A model generated the notes under the pieces. The model was not told where the DNA came from. It made no database searches and was given only the letters and a program-made list of their open reading frames with translations. A DNA stretch of 64,000 bases from the human T2T-CHM13v2.0 reference genome, Homo sapiens: NCBI RefSeq assembly GCF_009914755.1, contig NC_060938.1; one strand, given 5' to 3'. How positions within the stretch are numbered: position 1 is the first letter of the stretch; every line of letters starts with the position of its first letter. Shown in pieces: positions 39,596 to 53,384 of the stretch. A program made the translations under genes and the position numbers.

Positions 39596-39875
39596 CTTTT
39601 AAACCAAAAGCCAAATGATGCAAGAGAACAAAAACATCAATAAAGATTAAAAGGAAATGTTCTATTTTATTTTTGAGGACTCTCAAATTCACAGTCCCTG
39701 TCTCCCTTATACAGTCAATAATTATTCTTAAATGCAAATTTTCAAATACACAGAATTGTCAGTCCATATTTCTGAGTTCCTCACTTTTGTTGTTGGAAAT
39801 GTGGAACATGGGTGCAATTCATTCTACTCGGCAAGAACGAATAAAGGAAACACGCAATTAGCTACAGAAGGCCAG

Positions 39876-39889
39876 GTTACCATAGCAAC
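39876..39889. promoter_or_regulatory. RFX X-box motif GTTACCATAGCAAC
   Basis: Full match to the RFX consensus GTTRCCATRGYAAC, in non-repeat sequence. Confidence 0.65.
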
Positions 39890-42150
39890 ATGGTAAAGAT
39901 AAAATGGTCTCTCAAACTTTTTCAGCACCATGTGTCAAAGGAAAGTTTGAGCTCTTTTATCTTTCTTCCTGGGATGGAAAAGGCACACTTTGTTTTCATC
40001 CAAAAGGAGCACCTGCTTCCTTATGATCCTCACCGAGTGGCTTGTGGCAGCTGAAAGGAAAGTATTCAGGGTACAGTAATGACTGAAAAGATTGTAATAT
40101 CCTTGGTGTCATGGAAAAAAAAATAGCTCACCTCTTATACTCAGGCTATCCTGACTCAGCCTTAACCAGACCGACCTTCCCATCCCATAGGTTTCATAAT
40201 CCTCCTGGGATGTACCACAATCATAAACTAGAGTTGGGACAGAAAACTCCAGTGCTTTATAAATTTTTCCAAAACACAGAATATATAAAACCAAAAAAAT
40301 ATTATTTGTGAACCTAGCATAGCCCTGATATTAAACACCAAAATATAGCTCAAGAAAAAAAGAACCCCAGGCCTATCTTACTATTGAATATAGATACAAT
40401 ATATTAATTAAAACGCTTACATGTCAATCTTAACATGTAAAAAATAACAAACCAGGAACATCAATAATTGCTTAATATTATGAATCTATTAGTGGAGATG
40501 ACAGATATGGCTAAAATTAGAAATTATTAGAAACTTTGACCTAGACTATTCAAATTAAAAACTTTGACCTAGATTAATTTTTCAAATTTAAAACAGTGAT
40601 TATCTCAATATGTCATGAAAAATATTTGAAAAAGATTGGTACCATATTAATATATAAAATAACTCTGAAACCAACAAGAAAAGAGTTACTTTGTAAACAA
40701 CAATGTTATTAAATCTTTGCTGTAGTTTCACAGCTGAAGTCCAAATCTGAAAATAAAGAATGTTATGCCCACACATTCTAAAGAGGAGTTTCAGGATTCC
40801 TTACCTTCCCTACATACTCTACAAACTCAAGTCAATCAACCACAGAAACTGTGGGTATTTATCAGACAAAGATACTGATCTTTTATCCCCAAGCTGGTTA
40901 TTTTCTAAGCTCCAGAAACCTAAGCTCTTCTTTCCCCAAGAAATTCTCTCAAAGACTCATATTATGAATAGACCAAAATGAAAACCTCTGCTGTGCTTCT
41001 CAAAAAAGAGCCAGTATTTGAATACTTGCCATACCAAGGGGATTCAAAAACCAGATCATAATTGTACCAAGTGAGCAATCCTCTCTTCTCCTTACTTGTC
41101 CTCCCTCCCCATCTCCAACTCAATATCCTCATGGGAAGAAGAGGGTAGAAGAATGAGGAGAGAATTGGAAAATAACTGTGCATTTAAAAATCTATACCTT
41201 ATTAAACATCTTGGAAACTCCCCCTCAAGTCCATACAGAATCAGAATGTGATATCTCCTACATAACAGTAGGGCTCTCCTGTAAAGTCTAATTTGGTAGG
41301 TGTAGGGTGGGGCCTAGGAAACCGAATTTTTAATACCACTCCAACATCAAATGGGGGAAATGTTGCACTAAGGAAAGAGAAAGGTGATAATGTGTTAACA
41401 GGTTTTATCAGTTGCTTCTAAGAAAATACAAGCTGGAGGATATGCCAATGATCTTTCAGAAATAACATCAAACCTAGAATGCTTAGGTCAAAAGCCCAGA
41501 GTACTCCCCCAGCTCAATGTCCTAACGGTTGTAAGTAAAAGTACACAATTATCAGTCACACAAATTCTGCCACCACATTAGTAGATCATATTGTAGACAG
41601 CAAGTTACATACAGAATAGTTCTTGGGAACAAAAGTTGTACATACCATTTTAAATCAAGGTCATCTTACAGCAGAAATCTCACCTATAACCACATTTTAA
41701 AATAAATTCTGATGAGGAATAACTTATGTTCTTATCCATCTAATCCATTGTTGAACCTGATCCAGGTCATATATCCAGAGAAGATTAAATAGCAAGAACA
41801 GGTTAAAATATGTTTGCACTTGTAAAATTACAAAGTATGTGCTCAAACCTGGCAATAATCCATGACTTGCTTCCTTACTTCTAAAAGAAGTTCAACCTTG
41901 TGAAAATGTCTAAAATTTCAACTATCAGGACAAAGGAAAGGTACGCATTTTCATTTTACCCATGAATCTTCCACATTTTCATCCAGATAACAATGTCACT
42001 CTACCAGGGGTGGCCATCACAGCTTTCTGACCGGTATGCCTTCAGGAAGGCTGCTCTTGTGACACCCACATTTCTAAAACGCTGATGTCCTCAGATTTCT
42101 AACAAATTGAAAATGAAAATCGGGAACAAGTTAAAAGCGTGCTTTCTCAC

Positions 42151-42189
42151 TTTGTATTCTGTCATCCACCTTTTGGAGAAAGAGAGAGC
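42151..42189 (-). other. Microexon candidate with tandem acceptors (39 nt from 42189, or 19 nt from 42169)
   Basis: 'ggttttctttgtttctaccag|GCTCTCTCTTTCTCCAAAAG|GTGGATGACAGAATACAAA|gtgaga'. Confidence 0.45.
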
Positions 42190-44839
42190 CTGGTAGAAAC
42201 AAAGAAAACCAACTTTATCATTACCCTTCTTACTAAAAAAGTATAATGGAGAAAAGTGCTATTTTTAACCAAAATTTCTGGTTCTTTCCAAAGGGGTTCT
42301 TTTGTTCTGAACATTATAATGAATTTGGGATAAGGAGCTAGGAAGAACTGCATTGCTCTACAGAACAAGATGAAAACAGTTTGGAGTTACCTGTGCTATC
42401 CGGGGACAAAGGAGGGTAGAGAGGAGACATGAGAAGGGTCAAGGAGAGAAGCAGTCAAGATGGTGAGACCAGGATCTAGGATCTAGGAGAGGTGAAGCAG
42501 CTGATGAGAAACCCCACATTACAGAGGATTAAAAAACAAAAGATGTTCTAATATAATTTGAAATCGCTTGCATTGTTGCATGATAAAGCTCTCCTCATCA
42601 CTGTCTCAGGTTGCCAGTATAGTTGGCTGAATGCAGTTGCCCAGTAAAAATAGCTTTTTATGAAAATTGGGCTAGAACTCAAGGATTACATTTGAGATTC
42701 CACACAGAAGCATACAGGCAGCAAGCAAGGGTGGTGCAATCCCTAAATTAAATGAATTCTAGGAAAATAAGAGTTTAGAGTCAGATGTAAGCATGAAAAT
42801 ATAAACTCTTCACCCAAGAGGTATTTGGAAAAGCAGCTTATGTGCAATGAAGGGCTCTAAGCAATCTCATCTAGATTTTAGGAGAAGAGTCTTCTGTTAA
42901 CATCTCAGTTTTCAAGAAACACGACATAATTATAATAAATAGCGAATAAAAAATTTTGTTCTCTATAAGGCCACACCCAGTAAAACAACTGTTTATATTT
43001 GGATATCTATCCTTCCAGCAATATTTTCCTTTTCTCTGTATCTCCGTATGCATATGTGTGTATACATGCACAGATGTTTAAGAAAAATATTATTCAAATA
43101 ATGTAATATACATGTATATATAAACACAGACATTAATTTTATTTAAATAGACGCACAAAATTTTGTGTTCATAAATTCTGTAGTCTCTAGTCCCCACTTC
43201 AGCCTTCCCCAGTTTTTCTCTGAATAATACAGAATTTTACAAAAAAAGTTAAAAATATTTACAATACCAGAAACAGAAACTGACATTGTCATGTCACAAT
43301 CTGGAAGAAATTTTCAAAAATTATGGGCTGCATGGAGCTAGTTTAGATGAAACTATTCAGGCTACAACACATAATATAACCTGATTTCCTTTATGAATCG
43401 GAGATTCCCTAAAAGAGATACAAAGAGGTTTTCTTCCCTCACCAACCACCCTCCACTGAAAACAAAGACCCTAGATCAATAAGAGAGCAGGGTAGCTCAC
43501 ACTCTGTAACCCTTTGACTCTGCCATTTTGAACCAGTGTTTGATTATTCCCCTCACTTCCTGGCACATTGGCATGGTCTCCTGACATTCAGGACTTCAGT
43601 GTATAACCTTTTGCCTCAAGCTTCTCAAGGAACTGTGTTCTCAGAGAACTTTTCCCCCGAAAGGAGTACTGATATCAGATGTAAGGATAGTAAGTTGTCC
43701 ATTACATTATATTAGCAAAACCTAAAAACAAGAACTTCCAATAAAAGAAGGTAGAAAATTCTTAGTTGGTAAGGATGATAACATATGTATTACAGTATGT
43801 GTCCTTCCTAACACTCTAGTGTGCAAAGGGGAGGTACATAGTGAAGTCTCCTGCCTCTTCAAGTGGAAGGTTACTACGAATGTAGTAAGAAGGTGTCTAG
43901 TCTTTTAATTAATTTTAAATAGCACAAATATTTAAATATTTTGTGAAGCAAAGTACTCCATGAAAAGGTTTACATCTTGTCTTTTTGGGGCAAAAACAGA
44001 AGGAACCTGGTTTAACTAAGAAATTGTTTTTAAACACACAAAGATTCACTGAATGTGCATTAAACATCTTCATGGGATTTTCTAAGAAATTAGAATGAGC
44101 GAAACATACCGAGTTTTAGAATTTTGTTTCCTAAAGGACCATGCTAGAAACACAGATACATTTGTTTATAATGAGAAGTTAAAAGCATAAGTAAAAATAG
44201 TAAAAAAAAAACAAGTGAGTGGAAATGAGAGCAACAGACTAAACTTTAGTAACCAAATTTAGTAACTGAACTGTAAACAACATTACCAAACCAAGCCCTT
44301 TAAAATCTGATGGTCCTGTTTCCCTTGAAGGAGCAAGTCACATAAGATTTTATTAGCCTTAGGTCAAGTCTAGAGTATCATACTTTAGGGTTTTCCTGAA
44401 CTTGACTTTCTTCCTTCCTTTCATTCATATCTGAAATGGGTTCAAAGGCCAGCGTGCAAAAATTAGACACAAAAACTGGCATCTTTTTTAACATGGAAAA
44501 ATCTGAAGCTAAACACATTCTTAGTACCTCACTGAAACTCTCTGAAATATTTTAATACAAATTACATTTCAAGGAAACAAAGTTTAACCATGACCAAAGT
44601 GGTTGAAGGACAGAAGTTCAACCACAGCAAAAGTCCATTCACTATATTCTCACTGGGTGTTTCATTAGGATTTTTGTTTATTTTGTTTTTGTTTTCTAGA
44701 AAAGCAGAAGGCATAGGTATTATATTGTCTTTTAGTGAAAGTGTGGCTACTGAGAATGGCATGGGAAGAAGAGGGAGGAAATGGGAAGACATGGGTCAAA
44801 AGGTACAAAGCTGCAGATATGTAGGATGAATAAGTCTAA

Positions 44840-45080
44840 TCATAGAGTATGCTTAAAAAAACCTAGATGGCACAGCCTACTACACACTTAGGCTGTATGA
44901 TATAACCTATTGCTCCTAGGCTACAAACCTGTACAACGTGTTACTGTACTGAATAACATAGGTAATTATAACACAATGGTAAGTATCTAAACATGGAAAA
45001 GTTACCATAAAAATATGGTATAATAATTCTATGGGACCACCATAATTGACCAAAATATCATTATGAGATACATGACTATA
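44840..45080. mobile_element. Tigger3/MER7-like DNA transposon fragment inside an L1M 3' end
   Basis: 'acctagatggcacagcctactacacac...cctattgctcctaggctacaaacctgtaca...catgacta'; flanks (~44740-44840, ~45080-45120) read as an L1 3' UTR. Confidence 0.85.
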
Positions 45081-46068
45081 TATCAAAACATCATCTTTTA
45101 TACCTTAAATACATAATTTCAAACAGAATAAACTGTTAACACATTTTCTGATTTTAGCACTCAAATACATTTTCACAACATTTACTTCACACTCAAAGTT
45201 CAGTTCTGTTAATTACACACACTTAGTCATCATGGTTACAAAATCGTAATTATATCTAAGTGACTTGACAGTGGCACATCCCCATTATGAGAGTGTGAAT
45301 TCTGAGCTTGTTTTCTGAACTGTTAACCATCATTAGATATGAGAAATTGCAGTCAGTTTTCACTATGTTATCCAATGTATCAGTCAGGATTTAACAAATG
45401 CTTAGAAATGTGCTTAGATCATAATCTGAACACCAATTTCTTTGTGAATTTTCACTCTATCAAAACAAATACAAGCCTGTGTGTGTAAAATACCTATGTT
45501 TATAAGTATGCAAGGTTTTGATGTTACAATTAAAGTCTCTTTCATCACATATTTAACATACAATTTGCATTCATGAAAATTTTAAGTTCTTGCAAAGAAT
45601 TACAGGTTTATTTACTAAGAAAAAAATACACCAATTAACTTGTAAAATTAGTTATTTTGTTTAGAACTTGGTAATCTCCAGAGCCAGAAAAAATAGGTAA
45701 AATATACTTCCATTTATGAAAGGTTTATTCATCTATCTAGGCTTGATGAAAGTATTAAAATGTTTATATCATATATAGTTGTAGCCTTCTTTAAGAAAAA
45801 CAAAAAACACATATTTACCAAGTAGTGTTTTAAAGAGATCCCTTGCTTTTCTAGCAGATTGTCGTACTGCATTCAGTTATAAATGTAGGAAACAGACTAG
45901 TGAAGTACCGTGTGATCTCCGTATTCTTTGATATAAAAAAAAACTCATCAAGACAATTTTTAAATGTAATAACACTGTGTTCAAATGAAAGTTCTCACAG
46001 ATGTCCAATATTTTGAAGATTTGGAAGGCAAGTTGGTTGACTACAAAATGGTAGCCAGAAACACTCAC

Positions 46069-46095
46069 TTTATTTTCCCCTGTCTACTCTCCTCC
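46069..46095 (-). CDS. 27-nt microexon candidate (open only in phase 2: EESRQGKI; stops in the other two phases)
   Basis: 'ttttcttgggttgcattcag|GGAGGAGAGTAGACAGGGGAAAATAAA|gtgagt'; purine-rich, TGC within 10 nt of the AG. Confidence 0.6.
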
Positions 46096-46964
46096 CTGAA
46101 TGCAACCCAAGAAAATTTCCAGAAGCATATTTAGAAAACCACTGAAGAACATTTAATATTTTAAATTAAAGCTGGGATGAGGCGGGCAGGTGGGGCCACA
46201 CAGTCTTTTAACAGCACACTTACTTACTAAAAAGTGGGATGCACTTCTGGTGCTGGAAACCCAGCATAAGTTGCAGGAATTGAATATACGGTTTCCATTT
46301 CTTATTGTCTGAAAGGGTAATAATACTATTCCCGGATTATGACTTTTTACATTATTTCCAGTGAACCTCTGAATGTTTTGGTAGTAATAGAGAACAACTA
46401 AGAAATTATCTGTTGCTCCTCCCTTAGCACATGTAAATTTAAGAGCAGCTTAGGAGTTTATTAAGAAGTTTGTCAGGGTAGTTTAGTTTCTGTTTTGTTT
46501 TTAATGTCACAAAGAAAAAAATTATCAATGCATCTTTGTCTGCTTAACAATACATTGGTTTAAAACTCAAAATGCAAAAGATATTACCACTTTATTGCTT
46601 CCTGACCCTGGCATAAAGTCAGTAGATAATGCAAACATAGTGCTGTTGTCCATTACAGCAATTACAATTATTTAATGTGCAATAAAAGAATCCTAAATCC
46701 AATCTAAGGCTGCACCAATATCACTACTAGATTTGTGGAGTCAGATAAAGTTACTTTCATGGGTAAAAATAAAATCAGTCAACCTACTTGTTTTTTGAAT
46801 TGACCAGATGTTTGTATTATGGTCCTGGAAACATACTTCCACTTGCCAGCATACAGCAGTGTCAGCATCTCCCTGAGACTGTTAGGGCAGGCTAACAAAT
46901 ACAAGGACAAACCTAGCTTGAAGATCTTAGAGGACATAGCTCTTATCTCATACCCGTCCTTGAG

Positions 46965-47255
46965 TAGTCATTCAACAAATATGTACTGAGGTCATAATGC
47001 ACTGTCAGCCATGTTCTAGATACTTGGGATCATCACTGAACCAGACAAAAATCCCTCCCTAGTAGCACTTATATTCTATTGGGGATGGGAGGAAGACTGG
47101 GAAACAAACAACGGGCATAAAATAAGTAAATTGTATGGTACATGTTAAGAGATATAGGAATTAAAAACAAAGCAGGATGGGGGAATAAAGAGTGTGCGGA
47201 GTATGGTGGGAGTTGCACTATTAGAGTAGTCAAGGCAATTTTCATTGAGAAGGAA
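46965..47255 (-). mobile_element. L2 3' fragment
   Basis: 'tcattcaacaaatatgtactgag...gttctagatacttgggat...gacaaaaatccct'. Confidence 0.85.
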
Positions 47256-47257
47256 GT

Positions 47258-47626
47258 TATGAGGGTTAATACTGAATGTCAACTTGATTGATTGAAGGAT
47301 GGGTGTGTTTGTGAGGGTGTTGCCAAAGGAGATTAACATTTGAGTCAGTGGGCTGGGAAAGGCAGACCCACCCTTAATCTGGGAGGGTACAATCTAATCA
47401 GCTGCCAGCACGGCTAGGATAAAAGCAGACAGAAGAACATGAAAAGGCTGGACTAGCTTAGCCTCCCAGCATACATCTTTCTCCCATGCTGAATCCTTCC
47501 TGCCCTTGAACATCAGACTCCAAGTTCTTCAGCTTTGGGACTTGGAATGGCTTCATTGCTCCTCAGCTTCCAGACCTGTGATCATGTGAGTTTAATACTC
47601 CTTAATAAACTTCCATATATATATAT
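47258..47626 (+). mobile_element. MLT2A (HERV-L) LTR, 3' truncated
   Basis: 'ggttaatactgaatgtcaacttgattg...ttgccaaaggagattaacatttgagtcagtgggctgggaaaggcagacccaccc'. Confidence 0.93.
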
Positions 47627-48043
47627 GGAAGCCACCAGCATCACTCAGGTAAAGAAGTTCTAAGTCCCCCTTAAGAGATGCAGCAGTTTCAAAGCTCCTT
47701 TATCTCAAAAATGCATATTCTCACTTCTTAACTGCCCATATTTTCCAATAGAACCAAGAAATGATATAAAAGTTGTTTGTTTGTTTGTTTTTAAAATGTT
47801 TGTGTTTAAAATGTTTCTTCTACTATTTTAGATATTTTATAATCAGAGAGTTTTGGGAACTCAGGTATGCAACTTGCCAGAAACCATTTGAATGGGGCTG
47901 AAACATACCTAACTGCCACTTTTATGTGTTTAAACTTATCAGATGTTGGTACTTGCAAATGTTTTGACCTAATAGAAGTATCTTTTAATTACTTACATTA
48001 CTTTAATAACCAGAAATATATGTGCCATATAAGTTATAATATA

Positions 48044-48586
48044 TGTAGCAAAGATTGCTGGTTGCCTGTGTAGTAGGCACTCTCTCCTTCTTTAGTAACA
48101 GAACCCTGATTTTGTTCAAGATGGTACTGGGACCACCCAAAAAATATACATTCCCAGACTCTTCTGAAGCTAGATGTGGTCATTGACTAAGACCTGTTCA
48201 ATGATATGTAAGTAAAAGTTTTGTGTAGGACTTCCAGGAAGATTCTTAAACAGGAGCTTATTTGACTACTGGTTCTTGATTTTTTTTCTCTTCCCCTTTC
48301 CCTCTTCCTTCCTGTTTCCTGGAATGTGAGAGTGATGGGAGGAGCTCCAGCAGCTGTCATTGAAGATAGATGGCACATTGCAAAGTGACACAGGAGAAAG
48401 ATAGCAGGGTCTCAGAGTCCCTAATGATCTCGTGGAGCTTTTGCAAGTACCCCTAGAGTAATAATATTCAGATTATAGAATAAATTGTTCATAGAATAAA
48501 TCAACACAAAGGCCACTGGTATTTCTATTTTGTTTTTCTGGCTTGTTTTGTTTTTCTGTTATATGAAGCAAAATCTAACTCTAGAT
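48044..48586 (+). mobile_element. Old MLT1 (J/K-like) LTR
   Basis: 'ctttagtaacagaaccctgattttgttc...cattcccagactcttctgaagctagatgtggtcattgactaag'. Confidence 0.75.
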
Positions 48587-48725
48587 AAAAGAAAATTATT
48601 TTTTAAATTAATTTATCTAAAAGTAATGGAAGATAGTCATTTTAGATTGCTTTTCCCACTGACTGTAACATAACTACTATCAGTTATATAGGTAGGAAAA
48701 ATATCATCTAGCCATCTAGGAATCA

Positions 48726-48858
48726 GTCCAGGTAAGGTGGCTCATGCCTATAGTTCCAGCATTTTGGGAGGCCAAGGCAGGCAGATCACTGGAGCTAGGA
48801 GTTCAAGACCTGTCTGGGCAACATGGCAAAATCCTTTCTCTACTAAAAACACAGAAAT
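48726..48858 (+). mobile_element. Alu left monomer (AluJ/FLAM-like)
   Basis: 'ggtggctcatgcctatagttccagcattttgggaggccaaggcaggcagatcac...ctctactaaaaa'. Confidence 0.88.
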
Positions 48859-50453
48859 GTACAGGACATGTAAGTTATTAACTTTTTGTTTTCTTTTGGA
48901 AAACATTTTATAGTCATGGTATGGTAAGTCTGTGATGCACTGATGGTCAACATTTTAAGAATGTTAAAACTGGTATGATACAATTTATGAATTACATATA
49001 TAAAAAACCCTAAGGTTTCAACTGATTATCTAAGAAAATATTCGATTTATTTTTCTCGCTGAAAAAAAATGAACCTGTTTCTTCCTTTTCGTTTGTTTTA
49101 CCAAATACAATTTTAACCATGGTCACATACCACTGCAATTTAATACATTTTCCTGAGAAAAATTAATATAAAGCATTGTAGCTGCTCTGAATAGAGGATC
49201 ATAACAGCAAAATTCAAACATTTTAAGAATTGTTTAATGTAAAAATTCTACTTTTTAAACTATTCTTATATATAAGCCACCATGGAGAATGTTAATATAT
49301 ATTTTAGTGCTTCTAATGAATATTTTAAAAGGCAGTAAATAAATAATAAAAATACAGATTTGAGAAGACATATCAACATTTATATATCAATAAAGCAAAT
49401 AATTATTATAAGATTTAAAATAACTTTGAAATATTTAGTCTACTTGCAAGTTTTAAGGTAAAAGGGTAAAATAGTTCTCAAAAATAAAACAATAAGACTT
49501 AAAAACCTCACATTAAATCAATCACTGTCTATTTTAATTAATGACTCTTAATTTCATTCTGGAAAATGATATAATCCATTACCATTTTCAACACTCTATA
49601 GTAAAATAAGAATAAAGCCTTTGCAGTGGGTTTTTAATAAAGCTGACCTAATTCGATTTAAAAGAGTGTCCTTTATTCTAAAATGGTATCTTTTATTTTC
49701 TGATATCCTATTGATCACAAATAATTATTGTTGCTGCTGCTGCTTTATTTTTAATGTCTTTATTTAGATTCTACTTTTGATCTCAAAAACTTGTTTGAAA
49801 GTTACTGATCTCTTAAATCAAAAGTGAGAGAATCCCTAATTTAAGTGATTACTTAGTTCCATTTCATTTAGCACGTTTCTTTTAGATTGTCCATTTTGTA
49901 CACTTCCTTTGAAAATTATATCAGAACTAAAGCAAGATTTTTGTTAAATTTATCACTGGTCATTACTTTGGAACTCACTCCAAAATGAATTTCGTCACAC
50001 TTTTCACGAACTTCCCTTAATAATAACAGCCATGTTTATGACTATTATACATATGTATCATGAAAGATAATCCATTACATAGCAAAGTCCACATAATATC
50101 TGTGTTTTTTTTACTGATCCAGTCAGGAATGCAATTTAGAAACAGTCTCAACTAATGACGATTACTTGTAAATATTTCTGCACAAACAAATTTATAAGGC
50201 TAAGAAAGAAACGTAGCAACACCATTTCTCCTCATTAACATGTTACCTCTTGAAATACCAGACTATTGGTTGTAGATAAAACACGAAAGTTTATCTTTTA
50301 TCTATATAAAATACAATAATTCATGTAAGAAACACATTCTTACTACAGAGATCAAGTCTAATAAGTGTCGAATTGTACTTTGTCTATAGAGATGTAAAAC
50401 TTGTTATTCATTCTGTAAAATGAAAAGCCTGAAGCAGATTGTTTAACAAAAAG

Positions 50454-50740
50454 ATAATGTGAGCCACATATGTATTTTTTTAATTTCCTAGTAGCTACAT
50501 TTTAGAAAGGAAGAGAAACATGTCAAATTAGTTCTATTTAATTTAACCTGATAAATCCAAACTACTTTCAATGTATAACCAATATAAAAATTATTAAAAT
50601 ATTTTATATTATTGTTTTGATAGTAAGTCTTCAAAATTCAGAGTATATTTTACACTTAAAGTGCACCTCAATTCAGACCAGGCACATTTCAATTGCTCAA
50701 TAGCCACATGTGGCTAGTGATTACCATATTGGACAGCACA
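50454..50740. mobile_element. MER33 (hAT-Charlie)
   Basis: 'gctcaatagccacatgtggctagtgattaccatattggacagcaca' terminus and internal 'aagtcttcaaaattcagagtatattttacactta'. Confidence 0.85.
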
Positions 50741-51289
50741 ATCCTAAAGACATATTATTCTTAACTCTGAAATAATTGGGATATAGACCACAGGTAAGTA
50801 ACTGTGTAAATGTGAGATTATTAGATTTAATTGGAACCCAGAGTTTCTCATTTGAACATGGCTGTTTCCACCCAGATGAACTTTTCAAAAGCCTGCAAAA
50901 TGTGATTGATCCCAACAAATAGGACTGGCCCATTTTCTTATAATAATCTTAAATAAAATGAGTTTACAAGCAATGAAAACCCAATTTACAAATCATTCTT
51001 AATGCAAATTCAGAGGTATAAAATTGGCAAGAGCAATAATTTCATAATTTTCATAATTTATATCATGTAATCTGGACAAGGGCATCAAGAGTGATGAAGG
51101 TCCTAAATTCTTACAACCTAAGGAAATTCTGAATATTCCATGGACACTTTTCTTGCTAGGCCTTTTGGCCAACCCGGGGCTAAGTGCTGAAAGCCTAGCC
51201 ATGACACCCACAGTGGATATTCTCTTAACTCAGCTACTCTTAAAAAGACATTACACAATCTGCTCACACATTGCTTACTAATTTGTGGT

Positions 51290-52330
<1,041 letters not shown>

Positions 52331-52819
52331 AAAACACAAGACACAATTATAGTTGGAAATAAATACCCCCTTACAGATAGGACTGAGTTTTAGAATAAGA
52401 TGACATACATTTGAATTACGCTTTCCTTCAAGGCTTTCCATTTTAGAAAATATTTACATTTCTATTATTCATAACTCTTCTCCCTATAAATAAAAATTTA
52501 CAAGTTTAAAGATAAAAACAAATCTTGATACACAATTGGAAAAGCAAGGTTGTTTACTAAAGGAGCACAAATGAAGTGATGAATGTGCCCAAAGCAAACA
52601 TATGTTAACTGTGTGAACTAGTTACTTCACAAAAATTTAAATCTCACATAAAGACCAAATTCTTCCTATCTTGTAAAATTCTAATGAAATAATGAACAAA
52701 GATCATTCTGAAAAGTATAAAGCATTATATAAATGTGAGGCTCATACTATTGCTCACTGCTAAGTGGTGACTGTTTACATATCCAGTAGATATACATATT
52801 CACCTGCCTGCCTGCTTCA

Positions 52820-53069
52820 CTGGTGACCTGAGATTTTGGTCTTTTCTTGACTTCAGACTTGAAGTGAAACATCTGCTCTTGTTGGATATTGAGACTGTGA
52901 GCTTTTGAAACTATGACATACCCCATTGGCTCTCCTGGTCCTCTAGCTTACCCACTGCAAATGTTGGCACTTCTCAGCCTCTATAATCATGTGAGCCAAT
53001 TTCTTGTAAGAAATATACATATATCCATTCTGTCGGCTCCTTTTCTCTCAGAGAATCCTGATTAATACA
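52820..53069 (+). mobile_element. MLT2 (ERVL) LTR 3' part
   Basis: 'ccattggctctcctggtcctc...cttctcagcctctataatcatgtgagccaatt...gagaatcctgattaataca'. Confidence 0.85.
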
Positions 53070-53384
53070 GAATGTAGACATTACAGACCCATTCTAATAA
53101 TAATTTTTATTGGAACAAATTGCTTGTGACAGAGCAATGCCTTCACAGGGATGACAAGTCTACCAGTGATTCATTCAAAACAAAGTTATAGTCAGAAGGG
53201 GTCTGTAATCTTTTGGATACTATGCCTGTAGAAAGAATTGAAGTAGAATATTTAAGAAATAATTGGAAAAATCAAGTCCCAAAATTTTGCTTGCAAAGAA
53301 AATATCTATTTTTGCAGGTTTTGTTTGTTTTAATTTTTTGCACAGTTTTTCTACCCTTTTCTCTATTTAGGCTGCAGAATGAGC

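Noticed and set aside
40531-40590. Duplicated AAACTTTGACCTAGA resembling nuclear-receptor half-sites
   Set aside because: Appears to be a ~28-bp local duplication in probable L1-derived sequence, and the spacing fits no standard response element.
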